64,000 bases of DNA from Candidatus Omnitrophota bacterium (GCA_035292445.1 DATDQB010000009.1:5632-69631), one strand, 5' to 3'. Positions 9,741 to 18,442 are shown, counted from the first letter of the stretch. Notes: generated by a model not told the origin, from the letters alone. Program-made: numbers and translations.

Positions 9741-9806
9741 CGTTACCCGTTACTGGTTACCCGTTACCAAAATTATTCTGGTAACAGGCAACCGGTAACA
9801 GGAAAC
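9741..9806. repeat. GTTACCC/GGTAAC heptamer hairpin, copy 2
   Basis: CGTTACCCGTTACTGGTTACCCGTTACC-AAAATTATTCT-GGTAACAGGCAACCGGTAACAGGAAAC. Confidence 0.85.
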
Positions 9807-9820
9807 ATCAATCTATTTCA

Positions 9821-10480
9821 CTATCTTTTCAACGCCTCCAGGTATTTCCCCGCGATGGTGCGGCCGGCCAAGCCGAAGGCAAGCGCCAAAGCGAAGACAA
9901 CGCCGGTCATGAAGATGGTGTAGTGGATCCCGGTGAACAAGCCCACAAAGCCGATTTCCTTCAAGAAGATGATCGTGACATAGGCGAGGATGGAAATCTT
10001 GGTAATCTTACTAAGAAGCTCAGGGCTAGGCATCTCGGTGTTGCTCGCAACGACAAAGACCAAGCCGGAGACGACTTTGGCGATGAGCATCCCGATGATA
10101 AGAACGAGGATCCCCGTGAGGACACTCGGGATGAACGCCATAAGCTTGGTCACCATCTCATTGCCGACAGCAATGCCTAAGGATTTGACCGTCATGATCA
10201 GGACCATGACCATCAGGACCGCGTAGATGAAAAGGCTCAGGAGCATGCAGGGCCCGTGCTTAATGCCGCCGGTGTGCAGGATCTTATCGAAACCAAGCTT
10301 GTCGCTGAAGGTATCGAACTTGACCACGCGCAGTGTCTCAAAGGTGAACCTCTTGACAAGAGTGGCCACCACAAACCCAATGATGAGGATCCCCAGGGCT
10401 GTCGCTAACGTAGGAATGAACGGCAAGACCAGGTTGAGCATTTCACCAAAAGGTTGCAAAACTAAGGTATCGATTTTCAT
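9821..10480 (-). CDS. CmpX-like membrane protein (TM_helix repeats related to the MscS N-terminus), paralogue 1
   Basis: FIPTLATALGILIIG, FIPSVLTGILVLIIG and ALALAFGLAGR. Confidence 0.75.
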   Translation of the reverse strand: MKIDTLVLQPFGEMLNLVLPFIPTLATALGILIIGFVVATLVKRFTFETLRVVKFDTFSDKLGFDKILHTGGIKHGPCMLLSLFIYAVLMVMVLIMTVKSLGIAVGNEMVTKLMAFIPSVLTGILVLIIGMLIAKVVSGLVFVVASNTEMPSPELLSKITKISILAYVTIIFLKEIGFVGLFTGIHYTIFMTGVVFALALAFGLAGRTIAGKYLEALKR

Positions 10481-10500
10481 TTATTTCTCCCCCTTTTAGA

Positions 10501-10590
10501 AGTCGTCAGTCTTCAGACTTCAGTCATCAGACTAATGACTTCTGACGACTGATGACTGATAACTGATGACTACTAGTTGATGACTGGTTG
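10501..10590. repeat. TCAGTCN/NGACTGA heptamer hairpin array
   Basis: AGTCG-TCAGTCT-TCAGACT-TCAGTCA-TCAG followed by CTGACGA-CTGATGA-CTGATAA-CTGATGA-CT. Confidence 0.85.
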
Positions 10591-10709
10591 AAAAACCTTT
10601 AGTCCACCCCCTTTTGGCGAAACGTTTAAATTTTGACTTATTCTATCACGGAAGCTTTAAATCACCTATGTGTGGGGCTTGCCGGCGGGAAAACGCTTTC
10701 TATACACCT

Positions 10710-10795
10710 ATCCCGTAGTGTTCGCTTCGCTCACGTTACGGGATTAATTCGGACAGATAACTTACGTCGGCTTTCGCCTTCCGTAAGTTATGTCC
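10710..10795. repeat. Tandem stem-loops with (C)TTCGC loops; REP-like element
   Basis: ATCCCGTA...TTCGCTTCGCTCA...TACGGGAT and GGACAGATAACTTACG...CGTAAGTTATGTCC. Confidence 0.6.
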
Positions 10796-10800
10796 TCATT

Positions 10801-10835
10801 AAAAAAGAAAGGCCGCTCCACAATGGAAACGGCCC
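10801..10835 (-). terminator. Intrinsic terminator after the 10863..11531 gene
   Basis: Minus strand GGCCGTTTCCA-TTG-TGGAGCGGCC followed by TTTCTTTTTT. Confidence 0.75.
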
Positions 10836-10862
10836 TTCAGAGGTTTGTATCGTCCATTTATC

Positions 10863-11531
10863 TTATTTCACCTTTCTGTCAATGACATTGAGGTAGTGGC
10901 TCGCGACATCTTTCCCGGCTAACCCGAAGGCTAAGGCCAGGGCAAAGACAACACCAGCTATAAAGATGGTGTAATGAGCCCCGACAAACAGATCGACGAA
11001 ACCGATTTCCTTCAAGTAGATGATGGAAACGTAGATGACGATCGCCCATTTGCTGACACGGGCAAGTGTCGCCGGAGCTGGCATATCGGTGTTTTTGGCT
11101 GTGATATAGACCAGCGTCCCGACAAACTTGGCGATCAACATACCGATCATCAGAGCAACAGCGCCGGTGATAACACTAGGTATGTAGGCCAGAATTTTGT
11201 CGATTAAGCCGCTAGCGACCGTAATCCCTAAGGCTTTGACGGAGCTGATTAAAACAGTCACCATCAAGACCCAATAGGACAAACAACCGATCACAGAGCT
11301 AGGGCTGCGACGTAATCCACCTTTATGTAACGCTTTGGTCAATCCCATCTTATCGCTCACCGTATCAAACTCGATTTGCTTGAATACGCGAACGATCAAG
11401 TGTTCCACGGCATGAGCCAGGAACGTACCAACGATGAGTATACCCAAAGCGAACAGTAAAGTGGGGATAAAACTAAAAACCGTCGCCATCATTTCCCTGA
11501 ATGGAGTAAGTATTAGGGTATCGTATTGCAT
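10863..11531 (-). CDS. CmpX-like membrane protein, paralogue 2
   Basis: Colinear with 9821..10480 (shared LKEIGFV.LF.G.HYTIF..GVVFALALAFGLAG); strong AAGGAGG RBS. Confidence 0.75.
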   Translation of the reverse strand: MQYDTLILTPFREMMATVFSFIPTLLFALGILIVGTFLAHAVEHLIVRVFKQIEFDTVSDKMGLTKALHKGGLRRSPSSVIGCLSYWVLMVTVLISSVKALGITVASGLIDKILAYIPSVITGAVALMIGMLIAKFVGTLVYITAKNTDMPAPATLARVSKWAIVIYVSIIYLKEIGFVDLFVGAHYTIFIAGVVFALALAFGLAGKDVASHYLNVIDRKVK

Positions 11532-11565
11532 GCTTATCCCCTCCTTTCATATTCAGCTGGGCTTC

Positions 11566-11652
11566 ATCCACCTACGCCAAAGCGCTTTCGCCTTTGGCTT
11601 CGGCGGATAGCCCTGCGAAGCTCAAACATGCAAATTTTTGAGCGAAGCAGGG
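11566..11652. repeat. Two adjacent GC-rich stem-loops (CCGCCGAAGCC...GGCGTAGGTGG type) in the 5' leader
   Basis: ATCCACCTACGCCAAAG...CTTTGGCTTCGGCGGAT and CCCTGCGAAGCTCAAA...TTTGAGCGAAGCAGGG. Confidence 0.65.
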
Positions 11653-11982
11653 TCATCGCCAGCGGAATCATTTGCTTCTTATATTACTGATAATATTAGA
11701 ATTAGCTTTAATATAGCCGGGATGCCATGCAAGTGAATTTTAGACCATCCCTATAAAGAACAAAGCCCTCTCATTGCTCATAAGAGGGTTTGAATCTACT
11801 TAAACTATAGCATGTTTTCAAAAAAGAGGACGCTTGGCCAAAATTTTAAAAGAAAACGCTTCCCTTTTGGTTTTTCGTGATAAACTAAGTTATACTTTTA
11901 CTGTAATCTTCTGATAATGAAGAAGTTAGACATTTGACGTTTCTTGAACAAGCTTTTTAAAGCCCCAAGAAGGAGGGTAATA

Positions 11983-12375
11983 ATGAAAAAATTCTTTTTG
12001 ACAGCTGTTACGGTTGGCCTTTCTCTGGTACTGGTTGCCCCCACGTACGCGGAAAAGAAGGCAGTTGACCCTGACCGGAATGTAGATACCGAATTGAGCC
12101 GGGTCCATAAGAAATTCAGACGCGGCGCCATCAATTTGGTGACCTTCCCCTTAGAAATCCCCAAACAAGCCAAAGGCGTTATTGATGAAGGCGGGGAAAG
12201 TATCCCCAAAAGAGCCGCTTTGGTCGTCCCGGGTATACTCAAAGGCATCGGGTATTCGGCCGTAAGGCTTGTTTCAGGCGCATGGGACCTTTTCACCTTT
12301 AATGTTAATATACCTAAAGATCATAAGCCTGTTTTAGAGCCTGAATTCGTCTGGGAAGGCGCGGAAGAGAAATAA
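11983..12375 (+). CDS. Exported protein similar to the putative exosortase-associated family (TIGR04073-like)
   Basis: Signal peptide; KFRRGAINLVTFPLEIPK...RLVSGAWDLFTF...LEPEFVW; AAGGAGG RBS before ATG 11983. Confidence 0.7.
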   Translation: MKKFFLTAVTVGLSLVLVAPTYAEKKAVDPDRNVDTELSRVHKKFRRGAINLVTFPLEIPKQAKGVIDEGGESIPKRAALVVPGILKGIGYSAVRLVSGAWDLFTFNVNIPKDHKPVLEPEFVWEGAEEK

Positions 12376-12399
12376 GCTGCAGCGGTTAGCGTAAATCAT

Positions 12400-12441
12400 A
12401 AAGCGGTTAGTAATAATATTTATATTACTAACCGCTTTTTT
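12400..12441. terminator. Probable bidirectional terminator between convergent genes
   Basis: AAAGCGGTTAGTAATA...TATTACTAACCGCTTTTTT. Confidence 0.75.
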
Positions 12442-12448
12442 ATTTATA

Positions 12449-13930
12449 TCAATGCCTGCGGGCCCATACCACAGCCCCTGCCAAAGCAATGACAACAGGC
12501 ATTAAGATCAAAATAAGCACAACGGTCTTCTTCTGCCGGCTGGTCAACTCGAGCTTCTCTACTTGAAACGTTTTCTTATCAAGAAAAGTTTTATAATCCA
12601 GTTCGGAGAGCCAATTCATGGCATTCAATCCCATTTGCGCATTACTGAGAGCGCCGATATAAACGTTGGTCAAAAAGTCCGCGTCGGTGAAGACAATAAG
12701 GCGCGTGTCGGAGAGTTTCCCCTTCCCGACGCCCTCCGATTGTTCTGTTGTCGGGGTCGGGACTCCGACCGAGGGGTCCATATTTTTATCAGACCCGAGC
12801 GTCGGAGCCTTCGGTTCCCAGATGACAAAAGAGATCGGCACCGGCGCCGGCTTATCCAGCAACTCATCGAACTGTACTTTCAAAAACCGGTCGGATTCGC
12901 CCCAGCTGTCTTTGGCGGATTGCGTCAAGACGACCGGCGCGACTTTAAGAGATTCGCGCCGCCCGGGCTGGATAGAGATCGAACGCGGGCGCACGTAAAA
13001 CGTGTAATCCAAGCCAGAAACAATGGCGCGGTGCGACAAATAATTATTGGTGGCGGGGCTGCCCACATCCCCGGCAGCGTGGCTTTTGAGATCGACCACG
13101 ATGTCATTGTTGACCTTAACACCCCAGCCATTAAGGATCTCATTCAGGGAAGGATTGAGGCTGAGCTCCTCCTGCGTGAGCGGCTTATCGGGCGTCGTCA
13201 CAAGCGTATGCTCGATAAGAAAGAGAGCATCGCCGCCTTTTTTAAGGTAATCATCGATGATCTTTACCTCATCGGCGGATAGGTGGCTTTTGGCCCCGGC
13301 CACGACCAAAACATCGCAATCGGAAGGGACGCCTCCGGTGGCCGTTAACAAAAGATCTTGCGACTCCATATTATTCGTCGATAAAAGCTCGCGCAAGATG
13401 CTTAAGCCGTGGTCATCCTCATCATCGAGCTTGAATTCATTATGGCCGGTCAGAAAATATGCCTTTCGCCCCTCGCGGGTGACGCGGATAACGGCGTTCG
13501 TCAAGAGCTCCTCCGTTAACACATCATCCGTAAAATCGACGTCCTGCCGCTGAGTGCCGGACTGGACGACCACCTTCTTTTGTTTGCCTGTTATGATATT
13601 GCCGAACTGGGCCGCATAGCCCAACTCGACCAAGGGATCGATGATCTTGGTCTTGATCCTGCCGTTCGATAAGCGCTCATATTCCTTGAACATGTCTTCC
13701 AGATATTTGGGAGGGATACCGACATGCAGCGCCGTGACATGGATGTCTTGTTTCAAGCCCTTGATGTAAACAGCTGTCTGCTGGCTTAAGGTGTGCTGTT
13801 GAGCCTTGGTCAGGTCAAACCGCAGGTTATATTGTACAGCGACGATATTGACAAGGACCAAAAGGACGGCCGATAAAATAACGGCCACAAAAACAAAAAT
13901 TCTTCTTTTGACCTGGTTCGTTAGTCCCAT
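12449..13930 (-). CDS. GldG-like ABC transporter auxiliary component
   Basis: RFDLTKAQQHTLS, YFLTGHNE, DVLVVAGAK, RLIVFTDADF and N- and C-terminal TM helices. Start moved to MGLT (13930). Confidence 0.82.
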   Translation of the reverse strand: MGLTNQVKRRIFVFVAVILSAVLLVLVNIVAVQYNLRFDLTKAQQHTLSQQTAVYIKGLKQDIHVTALHVGIPPKYLEDMFKEYERLSNGRIKTKIIDPLVELGYAAQFGNIITGKQKKVVVQSGTQRQDVDFTDDVLTEELLTNAVIRVTREGRKAYFLTGHNEFKLDDEDDHGLSILRELLSTNNMESQDLLLTATGGVPSDCDVLVVAGAKSHLSADEVKIIDDYLKKGGDALFLIEHTLVTTPDKPLTQEELSLNPSLNEILNGWGVKVNNDIVVDLKSHAAGDVGSPATNNYLSHRAIVSGLDYTFYVRPRSISIQPGRRESLKVAPVVLTQSAKDSWGESDRFLKVQFDELLDKPAPVPISFVIWEPKAPTLGSDKNMDPSVGVPTPTTEQSEGVGKGKLSDTRLIVFTDADFLTNVYIGALSNAQMGLNAMNWLSELDYKTFLDKKTFQVEKLELTSRQKKTVVLILILMPVVIALAGAVVWARRH

Positions 13931-14631
13931 AAATGCGATTCGATGTTTAACCGGCTTAGCGCGACACAAAAGAAAGTGATGCTACCATAGTAAACGACAT
14001 CCTCAAAGGCGAGCAATCCAACGGCAAAGTTGGAAAAATGCGACATGGTGCTCACGGCCCTGACGATCGATTCCAGCGGGCCGGTCACGTATTCCACAAA
14101 ACTCATGGAAAAATAGAGAAGGAACAAAATGACGTAACTCGTCATCGCCGCGATCGTCTGGGACTTGGTCCACGAGGAGGCGAGCATGCCTACGCTCAAG
14201 AACATCGCCCCCTCCAGCCAAATGCCTAAGTAGCCGCCGAGGCTTGCCATCCGCTCAGGGCTGGCATAATATTCGATGATAAAATAATAAACGCTTGTCA
14301 GCAAAATGATCAGGCTGAAAAAGCCCAGGCTCCCCAGGTATTTCCCCAGGACGATTGTCGTGTTTGTAGTGGGGGTCGTCATCAAAAATTCCATCGTACC
14401 GCTCGATTTCTCTTCCGCGAACAGCCTCATCGTCAGAAGCGGCACCAAAAAGACGAACATGAATTCCATCACCAGGAAAATGTCCTTGAGCGACGCCTCC
14501 CTGTTTTGGTCGATGATCATAAAGAAAAAAATGTTGAAGACGCTGATCGTGATCACCAGGATGATATAGGCCAGCGGCGAGCGGAAATAGCCGGCCAATT
14601 CTTTCTGGGCGATCGTGAAGACTTTGCTCAT
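13921..14631 (-). CDS. GldF-like ABC-2 permease
   Basis: KELAGYFRSPLAY and PLLTMRLFAEEKSSGTMEFLMTTP...VLGKYL. Confidence 0.88.
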   Translation of the reverse strand: MSKVFTIAQKELAGYFRSPLAYIILVITISVFNIFFFMIIDQNREASLKDIFLVMEFMFVFLVPLLTMRLFAEEKSSGTMEFLMTTPTTNTTIVLGKYLGSLGFFSLIILLTSVYYFIIEYYASPERMASLGGYLGIWLEGAMFLSVGMLASSWTKSQTIAAMTSYVILFLLYFSMSFVEYVTGPLESIVRAVSTMSHFSNFAVGLLAFEDVVYYGSITFFCVALSRLNIESHLWD

Positions 14632-14632
14632 A

Positions 14633-15352
14633 TCAACTTTCCGCCGGCTGGTTGAGTTTGAGGAAAACTTCCTCTAACGTGCCGGCGTGCGTATGAAGAA
14701 GGTTGTCCAGCGTGTCATCCGCGATGATCTCTCCTTTATTGATCATGAGCACCCGGTGCGCCATCTGCTCGATCTCCGAGAGGATATGGGTGCTTAAAAG
14801 GACCGTCCTTTTTTCTCTTAAGTCCCTGATAAGATTGCGGACATGCAGGATCTGGATCGGGTCGAGCCCCTTGGTCGGCTCATCCAGGATAAGGACGTCG
14901 GGGTCATTGATAATCGCCTGGGCGATGCCCACACGCTGCTTATAGCCTAAGGAAAGGTTCGCGATGGTTATGTCCCGGACCTGCTTCAAATGGCACTCGG
15001 AAAGAACTTTTTCCACTTGAAGTTTAATTTGCCCGGAAGGGACGTCTTTCAAACGGGCGGCGAACGTCAAGTATTCCTTAACGCTCATCTGGGGGTACAA
15101 GGGCGGCACCTCGGGGAGATAACCGATCCTCCGGCGCACCGCCAGGGAATTATGCGCCAGCTCATTTCCGCCGATCGTGACTTTGCCCGATGAGGCCGGA
15201 AGATACCCCGTCAAAACGCGCATCAAGGTTGTCTTGCCTGCGCCGTTCTGGCCTAAGAACCCTACGATCTCGCCTTTGTTGATATGAAAGGAAACATTGT
15301 TTAACGCACAAAGATTCCCAAAATATTTAGAAACGCCTTGAGTAATAATCAT
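14633..15352 (-). CDS. GldA-like ABC transporter ATP-binding protein
   Basis: GQNGAGKTT, LSLGYKQRV, ILDEPT and STHIL. Confidence 0.92.
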   Translation of the reverse strand: MIITQGVSKYFGNLCALNNVSFHINKGEIVGFLGQNGAGKTTLMRVLTGYLPASSGKVTIGGNELAHNSLAVRRRIGYLPEVPPLYPQMSVKEYLTFAARLKDVPSGQIKLQVEKVLSECHLKQVRDITIANLSLGYKQRVGIAQAIINDPDVLILDEPTKGLDPIQILHVRNLIRDLREKRTVLLSTHILSEIEQMAHRVLMINKGEIIADDTLDNLLHTHAGTLEEVFLKLNQPAES

Positions 15353-15367
15353 ATGGGGATGACTTCG

Positions 15368-15434
15368 GGTTACCTGTTACCGGTTACCCGTTACCAAAAA
15401 ACCACTGGTAACTGGAAACAGGTAACTGGTAACT
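15368..15434. repeat. GTTACCN/GGTAACT heptamer hairpin, copy 3
   Basis: GGTTACCTGTTACCGGTTACCCGTTACC-AAAAAACCACT-GGTAACTGGAAACAGGTAACTGGTAACT. Confidence 0.85.
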
Positions 15435-16107
15435 ACATTCCATTACTTGTTTCTTTCTCAAAGTATTCTTTCAAATAATCTTCCAACGCGCGGATGCCGA
15501 CGACCATTTCCCCGTTTATGAAATAGGTCGGGGTTGATTTGACAAAACGTGATTCGCCCATCGCCTTTTCCTGCGCCACCAGCTTCTTGACATCCTTGCG
15601 CTCGATGCATTGGTTCATCTCATCGACATTGAGCCCGATGGACTGGCTCAGCTTGTCGAAATACGGCAAGATCCTAAGAAGCGTGCGCCATTCATCCTGG
15701 GTCGCAAAAAGCTGGTCATGCATGTCCCAAAACTTTCCCTGCCGGGCGGCGCACTCGGCGTAATAAGCGCTCATGAACGAATTAAGCTCCCCCAAAGGAT
15801 AGTATTTGGCCGTCAATTGGATCCCCTGCGGGTATTGCGCCATATACTCTTTCAACATATCAGAGCCCTTCTTACACATCGGGCATTGAAAATCGAAGAA
15901 TTCGACGATCTTAAGGGGGGATCCTTCCGCGCCTTTGGTCCGCTCAGGGGCGAACTGGATAAGAGGCGAACTGTCCTTTCGTTGCATCACGTCCATGACG
16001 ATAATAATAACGATCGCCGCCAGGACAATGACCGTTGTCGCTACCGAACGCGAACGTTTGGATTTATAGCTGGAAGGTTGGCTTTTTTTAAACTTATGCT
16101 CTCCCAT
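15433..16107 (-). CDS. DsbA-family (thioredoxin-fold) membrane-anchored oxidoreductase
   Basis: EFFDFQCPMC, QGKFWDMHDQLF and STPTYFING; N-terminal TM helix. Confidence 0.88.
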   Translation of the reverse strand: MGEHKFKKSQPSSYKSKRSRSVATTVIVLAAIVIIIVMDVMQRKDSSPLIQFAPERTKGAEGSPLKIVEFFDFQCPMCKKGSDMLKEYMAQYPQGIQLTAKYYPLGELNSFMSAYYAECAARQGKFWDMHDQLFATQDEWRTLLRILPYFDKLSQSIGLNVDEMNQCIERKDVKKLVAQEKAMGESRFVKSTPTYFINGEMVVGIRALEDYLKEYFEKETSNGM

Positions 16108-16116
16108 GGACGCTCC

Positions 16117-16704
16117 TTATTTGAGAAACGGCTTGATTTTCTTATAGATTTTTTGGGCAATGATCGTATAACCGTCTTTGTTCGGGTGCAGCTGGTCAGT
16201 CTTGAACGCGGGATTGGTAAATATGCCTTTCATGATATCGGGGATGAAAATGGCCCTTTTTTCCCGGGCGATCTTTTTGAATTCCTTTTGATAACTATCG
16301 TTAATAAGCCCCACTTTGACCGTCACCAACGCGGCCATCGCGCCCCGACCATGGATCTGGTCGATAACCTTTCTGATATTGCCGAATGTTTCCTGCGGGT
16401 CTATTTTCTGAAAAGCATCGTTGGCGCCGAATTCAACGAGGACGAGTTTTGGGTTCCTGCTTAAAACGTCCCGCTCGATACGCCTTAACGCCTGGCGGGT
16501 GGTATCGCCGGAGACGCCGGCATTGATGACCTCTTTGCCCAACAGCCGGCTTAACTGCGCCGGATAAGTATCTTGTGAGGCCACCTCAAGGCCGGCGGTG
16601 ATGCTGTCGCCGAAACAGATGATGGCTGTTCCCTGAGAGCCTCTGTTGGCTATGTCCCCTCCGGCGCAACCGCTTAAACTAAACAGTACGCTGACAATCG
16701 CCAA
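16117..16704 (-). CDS. SGNH/GDSL arylesterase (TesA-like), probable lipoprotein
   Basis: FGDSITAG, NAGVSGDTT, FGAND and DQLHPN; LSGC lipobox. Start uncertain (TTG at 16704 chosen). Confidence 0.85.
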   Translation of the reverse strand: MAIVSVLFSLSGCAGGDIANRGSQGTAIICFGDSITAGLEVASQDTYPAQLSRLLGKEVINAGVSGDTTRQALRRIERDVLSRNPKLVLVEFGANDAFQKIDPQETFGNIRKVIDQIHGRGAMAALVTVKVGLINDSYQKEFKKIAREKRAIFIPDIMKGIFTNPAFKTDQLHPNKDGYTIIAQKIYKKIKPFLK

Positions 16705-16735
16705 AAAATAAAAAGATCGTCTTCCGCAAAGAAAT

Positions 16736-17497
16736 TTAAAAACGGTACACGATGCCCGAAACAAAGGTAAGAATCTCGTTTTCCTCGACAATAGGAGAAT
16801 CCTCGATTTCATCCCCCAACATTTGATATTGGGCATCCGTGATCCAGGCCCAGTCTTCGGCGAATGGAACGGCGACCATTGCCCCGGCCACAAAATTGAC
16901 AGTACTGTCGGCCTCGTACGCCGGGCGTCCGGCCGCTGCTTCGGAGGCTTCCACCCCGTAATAATGGTCGGTCAGATCATCGCTGAACCAACGCACCCCC
17001 ACGCGAGGCGTAAAACCGCCCTGAAGAAATTCATGCTTAATGAGTGCGCTCACTTCCTGCCCTTCGTGCTCGCCCGTCCAATCCGTCACTCCCGTGACCT
17101 CCAGCGTGAAGAGCTCATTTTCCCACTGGGCGCGCAGCCCGCCGTCAAAACTGCCTTTGCGTTCACTCATCCCCGCCAGGGCGGAGCTGTCATCCGATTC
17201 ATACCCCCAGAAGCGCGGAACACCGACTAAGGAAATATCGAATTCCTCCTCATCGAGCAGAAGAAAACCCAGCGAGGTCCCATTAACATAAAAACGTTTA
17301 TATTTAACGTTTAATAAGGGGACCGGGAAAACGTCGGCATCCACATCCGTGTAAGGCTGGGAGGAATAAAGAACGCCGAGCCCGATGGCAGAGCCTTCCT
17401 CCAGATTCTCCTTAAGCCACTCCATCGCGGCATGGCTGTCGCCGACAAGAGAAACACTGAGGCTCAGAACTACAAATAAAACGGATAATAGGCGCAT
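16736..17497 (-). CDS. MipA/OmpV-family outer-membrane protein
   Basis: Signal peptide; SQPY, ALAGMSERKGSFDGG, DHYYGV and LGDEIEDSPIVE; C-terminal YRF. Confidence 0.85.
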   Translation of the reverse strand: MRLLSVLFVVLSLSVSLVGDSHAAMEWLKENLEEGSAIGLGVLYSSQPYTDVDADVFPVPLLNVKYKRFYVNGTSLGFLLLDEEEFDISLVGVPRFWGYESDDSSALAGMSERKGSFDGGLRAQWENELFTLEVTGVTDWTGEHEGQEVSALIKHEFLQGGFTPRVGVRWFSDDLTDHYYGVEASEAAAGRPAYEADSTVNFVAGAMVAVPFAEDWAWITDAQYQMLGDEIEDSPIVEENEILTFVSGIVYRF

Positions 17498-17503
17498 AAA
17501 TAA

Positions 17504-17578
17504 CTCCCGTCATTTTTCCACATTTCCTTTTTAGAGGAAATGACGAGGCTCGCCCCGACTTTATGTCGGGGCGGCCTT
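17504..17578 (-). repeat. Structured intergenic element, copy 1 of 3 (candidate cis-regulatory RNA or miniature repeat)
   Basis: AGGCCGCCCCGAC-ATAAA-GTCGGGGCGAGCCT-CGTCATTTCCT-CTAAAA-AGGAAATG-TGGAAAAATGACG-GGAG-6nt-ATG. Confidence 0.8.
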
Positions 17579-17579
17579 G

Positions 17580-17948
17580 TTATTTTTTGGTTAATAATTT
17601 TTCGATTTTCTCCAGAAGCAATTTCGAATCCACCGGTTTAGGGACATACTCGATATTGACCTTCTGGCTGATTTTTTCATCCAGTTCCTGCTCCCGTTTT
17701 GTCAACAGCACAATAGGCAATTTCTTGAAATCGTCGTTGAACCGCAGCTGGTAACACACATCGTATCCGTTGATCTCCGGCATCATGATGTCCAACACGA
17801 CCAGATCCGGGTCCTGCGTCTTGATCTTCACCAAAGCATCCAATCCGTCAACGGCAGAAAAGGTACCATAGCCTTTGGACTTTAGGACCGTTTCAACCAA
17901 CTTAATGGTCGAAACATCATCATCCACAACAAGAATTTTCTGGCTCAT
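17580..17948 (-). CDS. Single-domain response regulator
   Basis: KILVVDDD, PDLVVLDIMMPEINGY, PIVLLT and YVPKP. Confidence 0.92.
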   Translation of the reverse strand: MSQKILVVDDDVSTIKLVETVLKSKGYGTFSAVDGLDALVKIKTQDPDLVVLDIMMPEINGYDVCYQLRFNDDFKKLPIVLLTKREQELDEKISQKVNIEYVPKPVDSKLLLEKIEKLLTKK

Positions 17949-17976
17949 AATATTTATAGAGATATTATTAATCGTT

Positions 17977-18006
17977 ATTATAAAGGGCTGCCAAAAGGGC
18001 TGTCAA
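17977..18006 (-). promoter_or_regulatory. Consensus sigma70 promoter with an internal tandem repeat
   Basis: TTGACA-GCCCTTTTGGCAGCCCTT-TATAAT. Confidence 0.75.
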
Positions 18007-18061
18007 AGGAAGAATGGATTTTCTGACGTATTTATCCCAAAACAAGGTATGGCCATTACGG

Positions 18062-18361
18062 TCAAGCGCTTTTCTTCTCCAGAATTTCCATCTCAAGCCC
18101 GCCGGTCCATCCAACGACCAAATTAAAAAAGAACGCGGTCAAAAGCCCGCTCACCGCCCCGATCAAGGCGTAGACGATCGGAAAAATGATAATGGCGGCA
18201 AAACCGACGGACTGGAGTTGGGCCGCCTCCCCGGTTGCCTCAATGCCCAAGGCTTTCATGAGGGACACGAAAAGCCCCATTAACAGCCCGAACAAACCGT
18301 ACAAGACAGCCATGATTTTCGCCAACGATACAATGCCGAGCCGCTTTATTTGTACAAGCAT
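18062..18361 (-). CDS. Small two-TM membrane protein (DUF3566-like)
   Basis: IKRLGIVSLAKI...FFNLVVGWTGGLEMEI; GGAG RBS before ATG 18361. Confidence 0.65.
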   Translation of the reverse strand: MLVQIKRLGIVSLAKIMAVLYGLFGLLMGLFVSLMKALGIEATGEAAQLQSVGFAAIIIFPIVYALIGAVSGLLTAFFFNLVVGWTGGLEMEILEKKSA

Positions 18362-18365
18362 TCCG

Positions 18366-18442
18366 CTCCCCCCGTTCATTTTTCTTCATTTCCATTTTCA
18401 GGAAATGAACGAGGCTCGCCCCGCCAAAAGCGGGGCGGCCTT
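18366..18442 (-). repeat. Structured element, copy 2 of 3
   Basis: AGGCCGCCCCGC-TTTTG-GCGGGGCGAGCCT-CGTTCATTTCC-TGAAAAT-GGAAATGAA-GAAAAATGAACG-GGGGGAG; overlaps the 3' end of the TrmH-family gene. Confidence 0.8.

Noticed and set aside
10590-10800. Possible c-di-GMP or other riboswitch, or a tRNA, in the structured intergenic region
   Set aside because: No GEMM consensus (GGCAAAC...GAAA...GACGCAAAGC) and no cloverleaf/T-loop; the hairpins look like repeat elements.
11710-11735. Sigma54 promoter (TGGCAT on the minus strand)
   Set aside because: The -12 TTGC element is missing at the required spacing.
12449-15352. Gliding-motility machinery
   Set aside because: GldAFG-like ABC transporters are widespread, and no T9SS or other gld genes are present.
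9164-15434. GTTAC-rich repeats as a CRISPR array
   Set aside because: Units are 7-mers in inverted arrangement, there are no 25-45-bp repeats with unique spacers, and no cas genes are present.
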